From: Styela clava
Lineage: Eukaryota
Direction of reading: 5' to 3'
Assembly (NCBI RefSeq): GCF_964204865.1
Contig: NC_135264.1
Span: forward strand, 10,664,001 to 10,728,000
Length of the DNA: 64,000 nucleotides
In this document: one piece after another, positions 48,661 through 61,821 of the stretch
How positions within the stretch are numbered: position 1 is the first letter of the stretch
Layout: each line of letters starts with the position of its first letter
Program-made: the position numbers and the translations under genes
The notes under the pieces: generated by a model
Database searches by the model: none
What the model saw: the letters and a program-made list of their open reading frames with translations, nothing else
What the model was told of the DNA's origin: nothing

Positions 48661-51188
48661 GAAACGTACTGCGGTATCGAGTTCTTTCAACATCTGGCAT
48701 GACATAGTACTGGTACAGCTACAATTTTCCGTTGTATTATATGGTACACCAGAAATTTAACTTTCCTGAAATTCATTTCCCACGCGGCTAGATAACTTTT
48801 GTTGAAACAGATTTTCTGATTTCGGAATGTAAATATTCCAATTATAATCACAACAGGACAAGTGAAACAAATACAATCAAAGACGTAGTACAACATGATG
48901 GCAAAAAAGGATCGACTTAAAATTCGCTGTCACATATATCAATTGTTCATAGTATTTTTAGTCCTTGGTTCTGTGCTCGAATACAATACAAAACCAAGGT
49001 GGCCCGAAACCGAGAAATAAGCATGGCCCTTCTATGGCGCACATTTGGTGTGGAAATATGTGTTGATCATAAGTGGTTCCAATATTAGGAAACACTAGAA
49101 ATAATAATTGTAAGAAAACAAGATTAAAATAAAAGATTCTCAACCAAAAAAAGTTGAAGAAAATTAAGATACCTGCATGAAGGTAAAACCATTTTGCATA
49201 TTTGTGGAGTTGAACTGGGAGTATGAAAATGTTCCATAGGAAATAACTGTTATGAAATCAATAATATATGCTACAACTTGATTTAACTTACCCCTTTGCA
49301 CATATATCAACATTGGGTACAGCTATTAAGTTTCGAAAAATAAAAAATTTCCAGGGCAGAAACGTTTACAAAATTTTTATCATCTTAGATGAGAGATGAG
49401 CATAGCGAAGATCAAAAATTGTGATGAAAATAAAAAAGTTTCTGAATCGGTTTAGATGTGAAGTATGTAATACCATTTTGCTACGTACATATCATTGCTA
49501 AATTGTTTCACAAGATAAAAAACAATAAATCAGTAGTATTTATAGAAGCGAAAGTAGTACTTCTTTCAAATAGGAAATGCATTCCAATAATCATTTCTCC
49601 ATTATTAATTAAGAAATTTAATTTAGATTTTGACAGACGGCAACTACATTAACCATATTTGAATACAATTTCCAAGTAGATTTGACTGAAGAACATCTTG
49701 AAAAAAAAAAAAATTAAAAGTGACAGGCATTACTGAAAAATTTCGCTAAAACAAATGAGAGAAGTCAATGTGAAATGATACTTGGTCATTAAAATTTAGC
49801 ATATAGTAAAACTTATACTTCAAAATAATTTCATTTGGAATAATCGATATAAAAAATTATTAAAACATAATTCTGAAATACCTTATTTAAGGACATAGAC
49901 ACAAAAAAGTGGAACTATAAGACAGGGATAATGGTCACTAACATTTTTCAAATAGTATCATCTTGAAGAAAAAATCGACAATTTTGATTTATATAAACAA
50001 AAAATTAAATACAGTATATGGAAAAATAATATTTCAGCACACATTTGATTGTGCAAATTGTTAACAGGGTACCTGAGATTATTTCTCAATAAATATGATA
50101 TTGATTCTTAAAGATGAAAAAATGGACAATGTTACGACAAGATGCAATCAAGTGCCAATTGGTCCTTGTATACTAAGTAAACTCCATATGCCACAACCTA
50201 TGGTATACCTAAGTAAGCAAAAATAACATGATCCACTTACATTAGGTTGCAAATTAATGTAATTATATTCAAAGTCAGAGCACAAAAATTGTGCTATATG
50301 TGTTCCAAATTGATAAAAGGGATATTATCTTTTGGTGACAAGCAACTAAATTTTGTGCCAATTTAAAATAAACAATTTGATATTAAATTCAAATCAATTT
50401 TCTGCAGGTCATCATCTAGTTTCACTCTTTTTATTTCTATCATATATTTGTTTTTCGTAACATGTAAAAATATACAAAACAAAATGACATCTGGAAGTCT
50501 GGAATGGTTCAGCAATAAAGATATAAATAGATTATATGTGTCTGCATTATTTATAATGTCTTGGTCTCAATCTTGGTCTCAGTCACAATAAGAAAAAGGC
50601 ATTTCAAAAACACGAGACTGAAATGATAGGAAAAGACTCTAGATGAGAATAAGACCAATTGATTGTTTTTGTTTTTTCTCCAAAAGCAGCTCTGTATATA
50701 TAAATAGTCATTCAGACTAAGGGACTATGCGGGTCTGGCATATGCTGTTTATATGTTTGACGATATTTACACCTACAAGATTTCATAAAGCATTCGAAAA
50801 TTATAGTAAAATACACTTGAAGTTCATTGCTCATAAAAGTACAAATAAATAAATTAAATAATGAATCTTAATAATAATCATTAAATATGAGAACAATGAA
50901 ATTTTACAGATCAGCTTTTTTGTATTTAGCTCAAAAACATATAAAATATGAGATTCTCTTTCGAACACAAAAACATTACTAGCGGAGAACATAGTCAGGC
51001 GTTAAAATGATTATTTTGTAGCAGCTCAATATGGATGTTTGTTTTCATAGATAGTTAAAGGTATGTGAAGAGAAGTGCAGATATAAAAAAAATAACCAAA
51101 TTTTACTGGCATTTATAAAGTAAATCAACTTTCAAAATATGCTGTTTGTTTCAAGGCCGAGATGATTAATTTAATGATTACCCCAAAT

Positions 51189-51558
51189 CAGGGGTGTGCA
51201 ACCTTTAATACAAGAGGGCCAGATACAAATAACTGGGTGAAACCGAGGGCCGCACTCTCATTTAATATAGGCTTTCTAGTAGTTGCAACACAAACATTTT
51301 GACTATCGATCTTATGACATGCATTGTTCGCTTCGCACAAGCTAGCTATTAGGGCATTGTAACGTCATAGACTCATAGGCATAGATAATAAATTGGACTC
51401 AGGAATATACTTTGTAACGCAGAGGGGTTGGAATTACTCACACGCACCAGATTAAAAACTCGTTTCAGGTGCCGCGTACCATTCAAAATTGGCACTTCTA
51501 CACAAGCCGCACAATTTTTCTTGTGGGCCGCATTTGGCCCACAGGTTGCACATCCCTG
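51189..51558. mobile_element. hAT-Charlie-like MITE
   Basis: TIRs CAGGGGTGTGCAACCT and AGGTTGCACATCCCTG, GGGCCG subterminal motifs, imperfect 8-bp TSD (CCCCAAAT / CCCTGAAT). Confidence 0.82.
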
Positions 51559-52193
51559 CCCTGAATCGCATCAAAACTGTTGCAATTTTAGAAAAGGCCT
51601 TTTCAATTTGTTTAACTATATAACAAGGCATAATCACCATGAATGTGTGCGTAAAAATACACGATTTCAGAAACGGCCCATTGTTAAATAGAAACGATAT
51701 TTCTATACCCTGTCATAAAAACATGATGAAGAAAAAGGAAGTTGAATATACAGGATGTTCAAAACCGGCGTCACATTTTTATACAATGCCACATTCAAAC
51801 ACAAAATCAATTATTAAATCTGATATTTTAAATGGAATAAATATAGTCTAAGCTCCATATATAATTTCATCGCTTTTTTAAGTATATGTAACACTTCAGG
51901 TTTTTTTTAAAAAACGAGGGAATGTTGAAATTTCTGAGAAAATTTGATTTTAAACAAGTTCTTTTTAAGTTGGTCTAGTATCAAGTTTGAAAACCAATTA
52001 TATACTTTCTCCTTAATTTTTCTAACTCCCTATTTTTTTTTTTTCAGTTTTTTTCGCCGATTTGGGTTGAATCCAGCACTTATTTTTTTATTGTTAATCA
52101 TATACCTAAATAGAAAAGCATCAATGATAATATAAAATTTCAATTTTTCTAAATTTTAAGCAGTCACAAAAATAATGGGTCATGGAAATAAGG

Positions 52194-55100
52194 TTATATG
52201 ACAGAATCATTCTCTTGCATATCACCTTTGTCATATTCCGTATTCGAATTTGTTTGAATTATTTCTGTGCGTAATAGTCATTCTTTGTGCTTCTTTAATT
52301 TTTTCGTTATAGAAAACACACGAATGCCTAAGTGCTCAGCTAGCTGGTCGACCTAAACACAGAAGGAAATTAAATTGGAAAAAGTTTGTCACTTTTTAGT
52401 TGTGTTTCCTAAATTTTAACTATAAATCAAAATCAAAGGTCGTTTTGTCTTCCGAAAAGTTTTAGTTTAATTGCAAAGCAGTAATCAAAATATATTTCCG
52501 AAAAAGCTGCGATAGATTAGGTTAAAATTAGGTATCAGTACTTTTGAATGCGAATGGCAAATACCTTATTCTAATTGATGAATCATATCGCTCGGTGTTA
52601 TGGCGCATCGTGCCAAGCGTTAGGAATCTGCTCACCACCGCATCCCAGATTAACTTGCGGGGATTCGCAGGTTCGAATCCCATGTGGGGTTAATTATGTA
52701 CAAAAGGATTGCTGGACTCCTTGCCGGTGGTTCGCGTAACCGCAAGTTGAGTACTACTTCCTCCACCATCAAGTCCATACGTCCGAAAAAACTTGCTAAC
52801 TAATCTTGTACCCGACATGGACTGGTAACCGGACGAGAGGCCGTGGTTCGCCGTATAATAAGGCCATTTTATCGGCTTTCCTCTTTCCCAGATAAATATG
52901 TAAATCCTATCCTATATAAATCAGTTTGTAAGCTCCAAACACAAGTAATAACACAGTATATATATATATTGTCCAGTTTGTGGACAATAGATTGTCACAA
53001 GTTTTTTTGCCATGTTTATCCCAGACTAAATAACACAAACTATTCTGTTAACTTACCACGACTACTCCGTAATGAATGTGCAACAGTACCAGTGAGACGG
53101 TAAGAATTTTGAGGCACCAAGATTCAATCGTGGCATCACCAAAGAATAATGAGACAGAAACAGCACAGAGCAATGGCATAATAAGAAAATTGAAGACCTG
53201 GCATCTACTGTTTGACATCTGGCTTACAATGAGTCGACACTGTAAATAAATAGAAAAGGAAATTCATGAGTATATATATATTAACTGAAAAACAAAACAT
53301 CAACAACTAAAAACAAATTTTAATTAGAATACAAAACTGGAAAAAGTATTAATAAAATAGATCTCTAACATTGGAAAAAGTGATTTAAAACTGAAAAAGT
53401 AATAAACACTCATGGACTCACTCGGCAATCATATCCTTAACCTACTATGAAATGTACTCAAATTAAATACTATCAAAATTATTTGTTTTAAGAGTCACAG
53501 AAAAATAAATATTTGTTCTCTAAATATAACTGATAAATCTCTTTGATTGGTTGCCACGTGTAGCGTGAGATTGCTAAACTGAACTTTAATCTGTGGTTTT
53601 GCTGGACTTTGAATTGTTCTGAACTCTGATTACAGAATGCTTAGTCTGCATTAAATTTTATGAAATTCCCCACAATTGAAAAAGTATGTGCACCAAGGTG
53701 GCGGACACTGTAACGTAGTATGTGTACCAGGTTAAGGTTGGGCCATAATTTCAGGTACAAATACTACGGGAGTCACTTGGCTAGTCCCCGAACTCGTGAT
53801 ATTACTTTAATTGAGGAAAATTGGAATAAAATTATGGCCTAACCCTAACCTGGTACACATACTTCTGGAACGCCAAATCGTGTAGTTATTTTCAATGACC
53901 TTCTGCTGTTATCTAATTACTAATGATTAGTTTGAAAACAGTTGAACTGCAGGTGTCACATATGCATGACAATCGGGTTACAATTAATTGGGTTTATTTT
54001 ATTTCTCTACCATTATGACTCCTCTATCGCCACTGTTGCACGACCAGTCAGAACAATCTCATCATAAAATGCAAAAGCAAGTGCTGCCATGTTTCACTAA
54101 CTGGGATGTGAGGCTATGATTCTGATCCAACTGTAGTTATACACTTTTGTTTGAGTTTTCAAAATATATCATATTATAAGGGTTTGAATGAATAATTGAT
54201 GAACTTTTCTAATATAACAATTCTAAAGTATTCTTAAATTCAAAACACTTTAAATTTAAAATTTCAATTTTGATATCCAAAACCTTATTGGACATGTCTG
54301 CTTACTTATATGATGTAAAAAATCATCTTATCAAATCGTGCCTGTAATCATTGCCTACAGGTATGTGTCAAATGCTGTCAAAAATTGTCATGACTTTAAG
54401 CAGTTAAAACACAAGAATTGAAAGATAATATATGCATACAAAGATAACAACCCTGCGTTTCAAATAAAAATAGTAACCCACCACAATATTTGATAGAATA
54501 ACCCCAACAGCCGTTAACATCCATCTTGGACTCTGATGTAAAATATTTCCAGGTGAAAAAAAACACCATGTTGTGAACAATACAAAGACAATAACGGATG
54601 AGAATAATGGAATAAACGCCTCGTACATGCTTCTCATTTTACCAGTCTTGTCTACGTAAGATCTGTAAATTAGAAAGGAAATTTTTATCAAATACATAAA
54701 TTTTTTCTCAAGTAAATATTAGGAAACATTTTGTGAATCTTTCGGGAGTGGATATTGAATTATTAATATGAAGTGTGATACAAGGTAGATCTCTTGGGCC
54801 TCATTTCTTTTATATATGTATAGCTTAGTCAGCATAGTATACCTTGAATTTCCAACATAAAGCGTAATACAAGGTAAATTCCTTGGGCCTGACTTCTTAT
54901 TATATTTATAGTTTAGTCAGCAAAGTACACCTGTCATCAGCCTGTTTGGTAGACAGTAACCCAATTTATACTAATTACTATGAAAAAGGGTTTTCAATAT
55001 TCATTAAAAGAGGTAGTAAATTCCGGTAAGATGATCGTCTGTCTGTTGCCGGTTATGGGAAGAGTTAACCAGCTCATCACTGAATGCACGTTGATCGCAT

Positions 55101-58100
55101 AGTAAGCTAAAATCGACCAGGAGTTATGTGAAACCATTGTACAACAATGATAGAAGTCGAGCAATCCACTCATTCCACCTAAAATTCTACCCTGCAAATC
55201 TGCATAACCACTATTTTAGAGTAAAATACTTTTAAGATACTATTTATCACTTTGCTTGATAAAAACTCGATAACATTCTCACCTATAAACATTGTAGAAG
55301 CAGACTGGCATTGAGAACAAAATTCCAGAAGCTAAAAATAAAAAATACAATACTTAGCAAATAAGCAATATATTGGTTTGCGATCTTTTTGGTGGGGCGG
55401 GAACCCCACTAACGTTCCAGAGGTTCGAGGAACCCTTGCACAATAGTTTCATTGTCTCTTATTGTCTGAATAGTATAAACTATAAATATATATATGGGAG
55501 CAAACCTAACACGGAAAAAACAAATTGATCTTCCAAGTGTAGCAAATTTAATAATTATGGCAAACGTTATGGGTATTTAATTTTATTTAAACAATATAAA
55601 CTCTCATATTTAAATGGAAACTTGCAGAATCCATGCCTGTACTGGCAGAACCCTGTGGTGCCACGGAACAACAGTTTAGGACCATCGATTTATAACCTCA
55701 TGGGCTGAAGCTTTGGAGACCCCTGGACGAAATTTTGAGTTGATTTAAAACTATACATTTACGAACATGATATGTAATTTTAAATTTAATTCCTAATATA
55801 ACTCACTTCAGAAATAAAATAGGTCCAATTTCTGGTCGAGTATGCATTATTATCAACTTTGTGAAGGGCCTATATACTTACCATATAAAATAACCAAAAT
55901 GTATTCTCTAATTTTGATTCCATAAATATCCGCTCTCCAGATCTCAGTCCCGAAAAAAGCACACATTGCGTACGCAAGAGCCATTACCTAAAGTAGGTAT
56001 TAAAAAGTTGAAAATGAGTTAGTTACTTCCAGCTTGATGTATTTTCTCCCCTAAAACTGAATGAAAAATGAACTAAATAACACAAACTATAACAAATCTT
56101 AAACGCTCCAAAATCCAATTTTTATAAATAATCAGTTGATTTTGAAAAGACAGCAAGTCCTAAATAATATAGTCATAAATGCAACCAGCAAACATTGGCT
56201 AACGAAACATTCGAAGCGTACATATAACAGTTGGTACACATTGGAAAAGACAATTTCAAGTTTTTGAATTCTGTACTCTTTCAATGAAACATCTATAATT
56301 TGGGCCAGTATTCGGCCCTCTGAGAAATATTTTGTGCCCTAGACTGGCTCATCTAATATTTCGCTGCTATGAGTACATCCCATATCTACGGTATATGAAT
56401 ATAAAAAGATTAACACATTATATGAATTATCCGAAAATGCTATAATACCAATATTAATAGTATCTTTTCAAGATTGTTGTGGTTGAAGGTTATTATTTTT
56501 TTTACTCACCACTTGACTAAAATCATATGACCATGGTAAGTATAAGATGCCAGTGTTATATTTCTCCCAGTGACAGAGTAGGAAACAAGTCATCAACATC
56601 CATAACACAGCATAGAATTGCCAAGCTGCAAGATACAATAGATAATGAGTAAAGATGATAAAAAACGCGGGTTTAAGACGAACCACAACCGATTGACACT
56701 GATATTTTGCTATAAAATGGTAAACATTACTTGGAGGCGTTGAAGCTGTTAATAAAAAAAATGTTTGGCAAGCGCGATCAGAAAGTTTGTTTGAATTAAT
56801 TGAGATGAAAACATATTGGTTGTAAAAATATCGTACGACCGGAATTATATTTTGTATTTTGTTTGATTGTATGTGACGGATATTATTTCAGCTATATTTG
56901 AGTTTTCATATTTTGATTTATAGCATTCGTTAAAAAAAAAGAATTCACTGTATGTATCGTCCATGCTAGGGTAGGGGACCTCATTTGTAAATAACTGGCT
57001 AATTATTTCTCATCAAATGTTTTTGTGTAAAACTTAAATTATCTTCAGATATGTTTTATATTCAACATTAACTTTAATTAATTCAAGTTTTTATATCAAC
57101 CAGTGTTTGCGTTTGCTTGTAATTTTTCTATTGATCCTCTCTACCATGATTGATTACTTACGAGAGAACTAGCTGGGGACAACAGCCTGGCACACAAAAA
57201 CGTTAAGAATTTAATTGATATTATAGATAGGTAGCTTCCTCCAGAAGAAAAGTAATCAATCATAAGATAGATTTGCTATTGATAAAATGTCATTTATCGT
57301 GATGTCACACGTCAGTACAAATGTACAAGGGATTTGACATAGTTGTCAATATATCAAGATATTGATACTCGAGAATTTTTTTTTCAAGCACAACAAAAAG
57401 TAAAACACAAACTACGTTTTAGATGTATGGAATTTGAAAAGATTGTACTCAAACCTACTCCAAACAAGATGTTTGACCATATTATTCTGCTCAAGCACAC
57501 CTTGTCTGAAGCATTGTCATGAGTGCTTGACTGACGAGCAGAGAAACAAGTATCACAATTTTTAAGTCTCTGCATTTGAGGTGAATATATTGTGAAGCTC
57601 TCATTTTTTGTGCTAAAAAATGACCTCAGCTTTTTTGCTGAAAAATATGGTATTTTTTCTTTGGATATATGATTTTTAACATATCAAAATAATATATGAC
57701 TACTTTTAATTTCGTAGAAGCAAGGTCATAAAATCTTACCGGAAGCTCCACATTCTCCTCTACCAAATATTGAATAAATTCCAAAAGCAAACATAGAAAC
57801 ACACCAAGAATCTATACCATGATCAAATAATTCACCCATGGGCGAAGATGACCCCGTTCTTCTGGCTTGTTTCCCATCACAGCCATCTAAAAAGTAAGAT
57901 TATGAAGTTGAGGTGGAACATAGTAAAATGTTATATGAACTTAATTAAAGCCAATTTTCATATTTGTCATTGTGGTTACTGATTAGCCAGCTGTATTAAA
58001 CCTTGTTTGCACAAGACGTCAGTTGTGTCAAGTTGAAACACTATGTGAAAATATACTCAAACACTGATTTAAGAAAAATTATGTCTCCGATTCTGAGGTG

Positions 58101-61100
58101 TGAAAAATTTTGACTTCGAGTCTGGAGCGTAAAAAGGTTTGACTTCGACTCTGAAGGAAGAGAAATTTTGACTTTGACTCCGGAGCGAGAAAAAGTTTGA
58201 CTTCGACTCCGGAGCGAGAAAAAGTTTGACTTCGACTCCGGAGCGAGAAAAAGTTTGACTTCGACTCTGAAGGGAGAAGAATTTTGACTTGACTCTGAAG
58301 CAAGAAAAAGTTTGACTTCGAGTCTGAAGCGAGTCTTCAACTCACGAATGTACAAAAATTTTGACTTTGAGCAAAGTTTGACTCCGACTCACGAGTTCAG
58401 AAAGATTTTGACTCAGACTCTTGAGTTGAAAAAAGTTTCGATCAGTAATCAGTAATCAGTAGTTTATTTCTCACCATACTTAAAATAGGCACAAACATAC
58501 AAATTGCAATAAATTAAATTATAAATTGGCCATATTTCAGGGTGAAGGAGACGCGAGAAACCAATACTGGTTATCGAGCAGCGGCACCTATAAAATAAGT
58601 CTAACACTATAATTTAAAAAACAAAAAAACGAACTAAGTTTAAATAAATTGAGGAAAAAAATACATAAAATATCTCGAGACGATCTGCTGTAACCAGCAA
58701 TCGCTCGCTTCAACCAAAGTGACTATAATAGTCACTTAGGCTTCAACAAAAGAAAAGACAACTCCGAACACCACTGATTCGGTAGCCATGGAGATGGCGT
58801 TAGTGGATTGTATCACAACAATGCTATTGTGATGCCCATTAGCTAACAATGGGCAATAAATGTCAAATTCTGATGGCGCATGGTTATTGGTTACAGTGGA
58901 ACCCATGGTTTGCTGAGGGCGACAACAGGATCAGCAACGAATAAACCATACCTTTATGCTAGAAAGGAATTGAGGTACCTGTTAATGGGATCTAGTGATT
59001 GGCAGCTGGAGTCAGGGCTTCACATAACGTTACAGGATATATAAAATCAGGGAAGACATGAAATATCAAAATGTGAAAGATATTCCATAACAGTCATTCA
59101 AAATGAATGTAACCTAGTATCAACATTCACAGTGGGAAACTAGATAGACTACAAGACATGAAACAGCAAAACTAAGAAGAGTCAAGTACCGTAGTCTAAT
59201 AGTTGAGTGAACCAATGAAGCAAAGTTTAAAAGTACATAAAGCAAATATTATTTATCAGGTAATACTTTTACAATGTTATATAAGAGTATAATGACAATC
59301 AGATAAACAATTTAGGCTTTACTGACTGCAAGAGAAAACAAGTCACAATGTTATGCTAATTAACCAAGATCTTGAGCAGATGGGCTTAGAATTTCAATGT
59401 GGTTAAATTCGTACAAAGCTTCATGAACCATCTCAAACATAAGAAAAGTAGTTTACTATATTGTGCAGGTTACGAACAAATACAGGTCATGCAATTAGCA
59501 TGGCACACTTTACATAATTCAAATCACTGGCAAGAATGCAATAAGATAAGGACATGAAAAAATTGAAAAAAAAAAAAAGTATTATTATTACAGGTATAGG
59601 CCTAGCGGAGCAAGCGGGAAAGAGTGCCGAGGCCACATCATTTGGATGCAATCACAGCAGACTGGTAAGGTGACAGCAAGAATTTTTTATATTTTGTTTT
59701 GAAAGTTTCATAAGAAGAGTCACGTAAGATTTGGGGAATACTATTCCAAATTACAACACCCTTATACTTCAAGGAGTTTTGGGACTTGCTTAGCGAAAAT
59801 CTGGGAACAAAAAAATTTGATTTTGTCGAAGAGCGTGTGTTATGCTCATGCACATTACTGAGAACAGTGAAATAATCAGCGAAAGCTGCAGGCAATTGGT
59901 TGTTGTGGAACTGGTGCATAATCTTAGAAATTTCTAATTTATAGATGTCAGACAATTTTAGCACCCTGGCTTTATGATATAGGGTGTTTATGTTTGTACG
60001 AACTGGTGCTCCGGAGAGAATTTTAACAGCCCTATTTTGTAAAATCTCTAATTTACGCAAGCTAGTTTGAGTAGCGGAGCCCCATGCAGCTAAGGCGTAT
60101 TGGATATGTGATTGAAAAAGAGCAAAGACTCTCGAATTGAGAAAAATTTCGTCTACAAGTCTGAGTTGAGAAAAATTTTGACTCAGACTCTTACTTGAGA
60201 AAAACTTGTCTCTAACTCTAATAACAAAAACTAAGGTATATATAAGCCTTCTTCGATATACTGTTGAGAAAGTTTAATTAGACTTGATGCTATATAAAAT
60301 TTTGGACCCCTTTTATCACCAATGAAATCTGATTTTCGGCTCAGGCTTCGAGGAGCTTAATAAAAATAAAAATCTGGCTCCGGTCTTGTACCTAACCCTT
60401 TCGATTATCGCTTATTAAGTACTCAAAACAAACCTAGATCTTACCAAGAGTATGCGAGAAGAATTGTGTGAATACACATAGCCACCAAACCCACGCTGGT
60501 ATGGGTGGATATTCAGTAAATTCACTAGCTGATGCATACCAATATGGGTCATAAAATGTCAATACTGCAGTTTGTAAAACGAGGAGTAGAAATCCGCTGA
60601 ATGTCATCAAATTTGGTGCTACCCATTTTGGAAATATCTAAAAATAAAATTTACAGTGATGATTGTCTCTTTTTTAAAAAAAAACCATAAAGGTAGCAAG
60701 CATATTTAATGCTCATCAAACAGGTTTCATGTGGAAGGACATGAAAAATTTAATTTATATTTACCTTCACAAACTGGTTCCAGAATGGGTGCATGACATA
60801 ATTTGACAAGGGTGATGTGTCGATACTGCTGTACTAAAAATTAAGAATATTAAAAAATTTTGAAGTCTTTTTTACTGTGTTAGTAAATCAGTTATGACTA
60901 AACACTGAAAGTACAAAAGTGTCATGAGTCGGCAACCTACGACCTGCAGCCAGGCTCTTTAAAAATGATGTATAGTCAGGTGGGGGTTAGAATGACGTAT
61001 GCAAAAATGGTTATGCTGCCCCAACTAGAAGTACTTGACGGCGTTTAGTGAACTAGCCCCTTTAGTTCGTATATTAAGGTATAATCAAGACAATATTGCA

Positions 61101-61821
61101 AACTGAATGCGTTTTGTTAACAAGAAAGAATTCCTTAGGTGAAAATACCTGCGACCCGAACCTAACCAAAGGTTGCCATCCCTGGTCTATATTAACATAA
61201 CAAGGTATGAATTTGAGGGTAGGGTAAGCATGCCCAAAAGCAGAAAACTGTAGTGACACTTAATCCCCGCCTTTCCAGTTTTAATCATCTGGTGAAAATC
61301 CGGGTCTCATGTAGTTTCGTACCTAACATACTTCTAGTGGGCTTAGCATAACAATTTTTTCACGTGTCAATCCTAACCCCCACCTGACCACACCATCCAA
61401 AAATTACGTCACTACGACATCAGAGTGACGTAATAGAGCCCTTCAAACTATGCGAACTGTCATCCAAGACGCGCAGACGAGAACCCGAAATTGAACAGCC
61501 ATTTCTCTCGTTTTCTCGTCGCAACGATCCCGATAGGAGAGGGATCGCTGATCGTTGGCGCCGATGCCATTTCGGGCGATCGTACGAGAATTTGGCAAGC
61601 TCTATGACGTGATTGTGACGTCGTAGTGACGTAATTTTTGTATGGAGTAGTCAGGTGAGGGTTAGGATTGGCATGTCAAAAAGTTGTTATGCTACGCCTA
61701 CTAGAAGTACGTTAGGTACGAAACTACACGAGACCCGAAAATCCTTGTTGAAAAAGATACAAAGAAAACAACCAACCTTGTATGAATCAAATCCAGCCAG
61801 TTCATCGTCGGTTATATACAT
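52194..61821 (-). CDS. SELENOI: Ethanolaminephosphotransferase 1 / selenoprotein I orthologue, 10 exons; 387 aa if TGA 52280-52278 is a stop, 415 aa if recoded
   Basis: Exons 61821-61777, 60833-60765, 60637-60445, 57886-57740, 56625-56510, 55987-55882, 55331-55283, 54662-54482, 53239-53057 and 52352-52278 (or 52194), all GT-AG and in phase. CDP-alcohol phosphotransferase motif [30 protein letters not shown]-type segments [43 protein letters not shown] and [11 protein letters not shown]. Gene identity is confident; recoding is not. Confidence 0.92.
52589..52915 (+). mobile_element. Full-length tRNA-derived SINE in the last SELENOI intron
   Basis: A-box-like TGGCGCATCGTG, B box GGTTCGAATCCC (~52670), body shared with 27008-27272, CCTATCCTAT tail. 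Confidence 0.87.
53683..53873. mobile_element. Second copy of the palindromic MITE at 37514-37733
   Basis: Shares GGCGGACAC..AACGTAGTATGTGTACCAGGTT, CTAGTCCCC and AAATTGGAATAAAATTATGGCCTA. Confidence 0.8.
58090..58440. repeat. 29-bp tandem array (TTTGACTTCGACTCCGGAGCGAGAAAAAG), continuing at ~60126-60220 beyond a LINE insertion
   Basis: About a dozen variably diverged units. Similar units resume directly after the LINE fragment. Confidence 0.9.
58441..60125 (-). mobile_element. Heavily 5'-truncated CR1/L2-group LINE (ORF2 C-terminus + 3' UTR) in SELENOI intron 3
   Basis: [52 protein letters not shown] aligns with the C-terminus of the 22846..25551 ORF. 3' stem-loop at 58541-58588 and a (GATTACT)n tail at 58441-58460. 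Confidence 0.88.
61302..61736. mobile_element. Long-TIR MITE (possibly MULE-like) in SELENOI intron 1
   Basis: Imperfect TIRs of ~135 bp beginning GGGTCTC and ending GAGACCC, with a perfect 8-bp TSD GAAAATCC (61294-301 and 61737-44). A partial relative lies at ~60970-61035. Confidence 0.88.

Noticed and set aside
48225-52190. Candidate SECIS elements for SELENOI (for example near 48260, 49380, 49490, 49830)
   Set aside because: Each lacks a correctly placed 3' NGAN or a convincing helix II. This was a manual scan only, so a non-canonical or spliced element is not excluded.
52589-52690. Possible tRNA gene
   Set aside because: A and B boxes are present but there is no cloverleaf. It is continuous with a SINE body that has several copies in the window.
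58041-58355. Repetitive ORFs and a CRISPR-like look in the 29-bp array (also the 66-bp array at 48477)
   Set aside because: These are head-to-tail repeats without unique spacers, with no cas genes, in a eukaryotic context. The ORFs are repeat artefacts.
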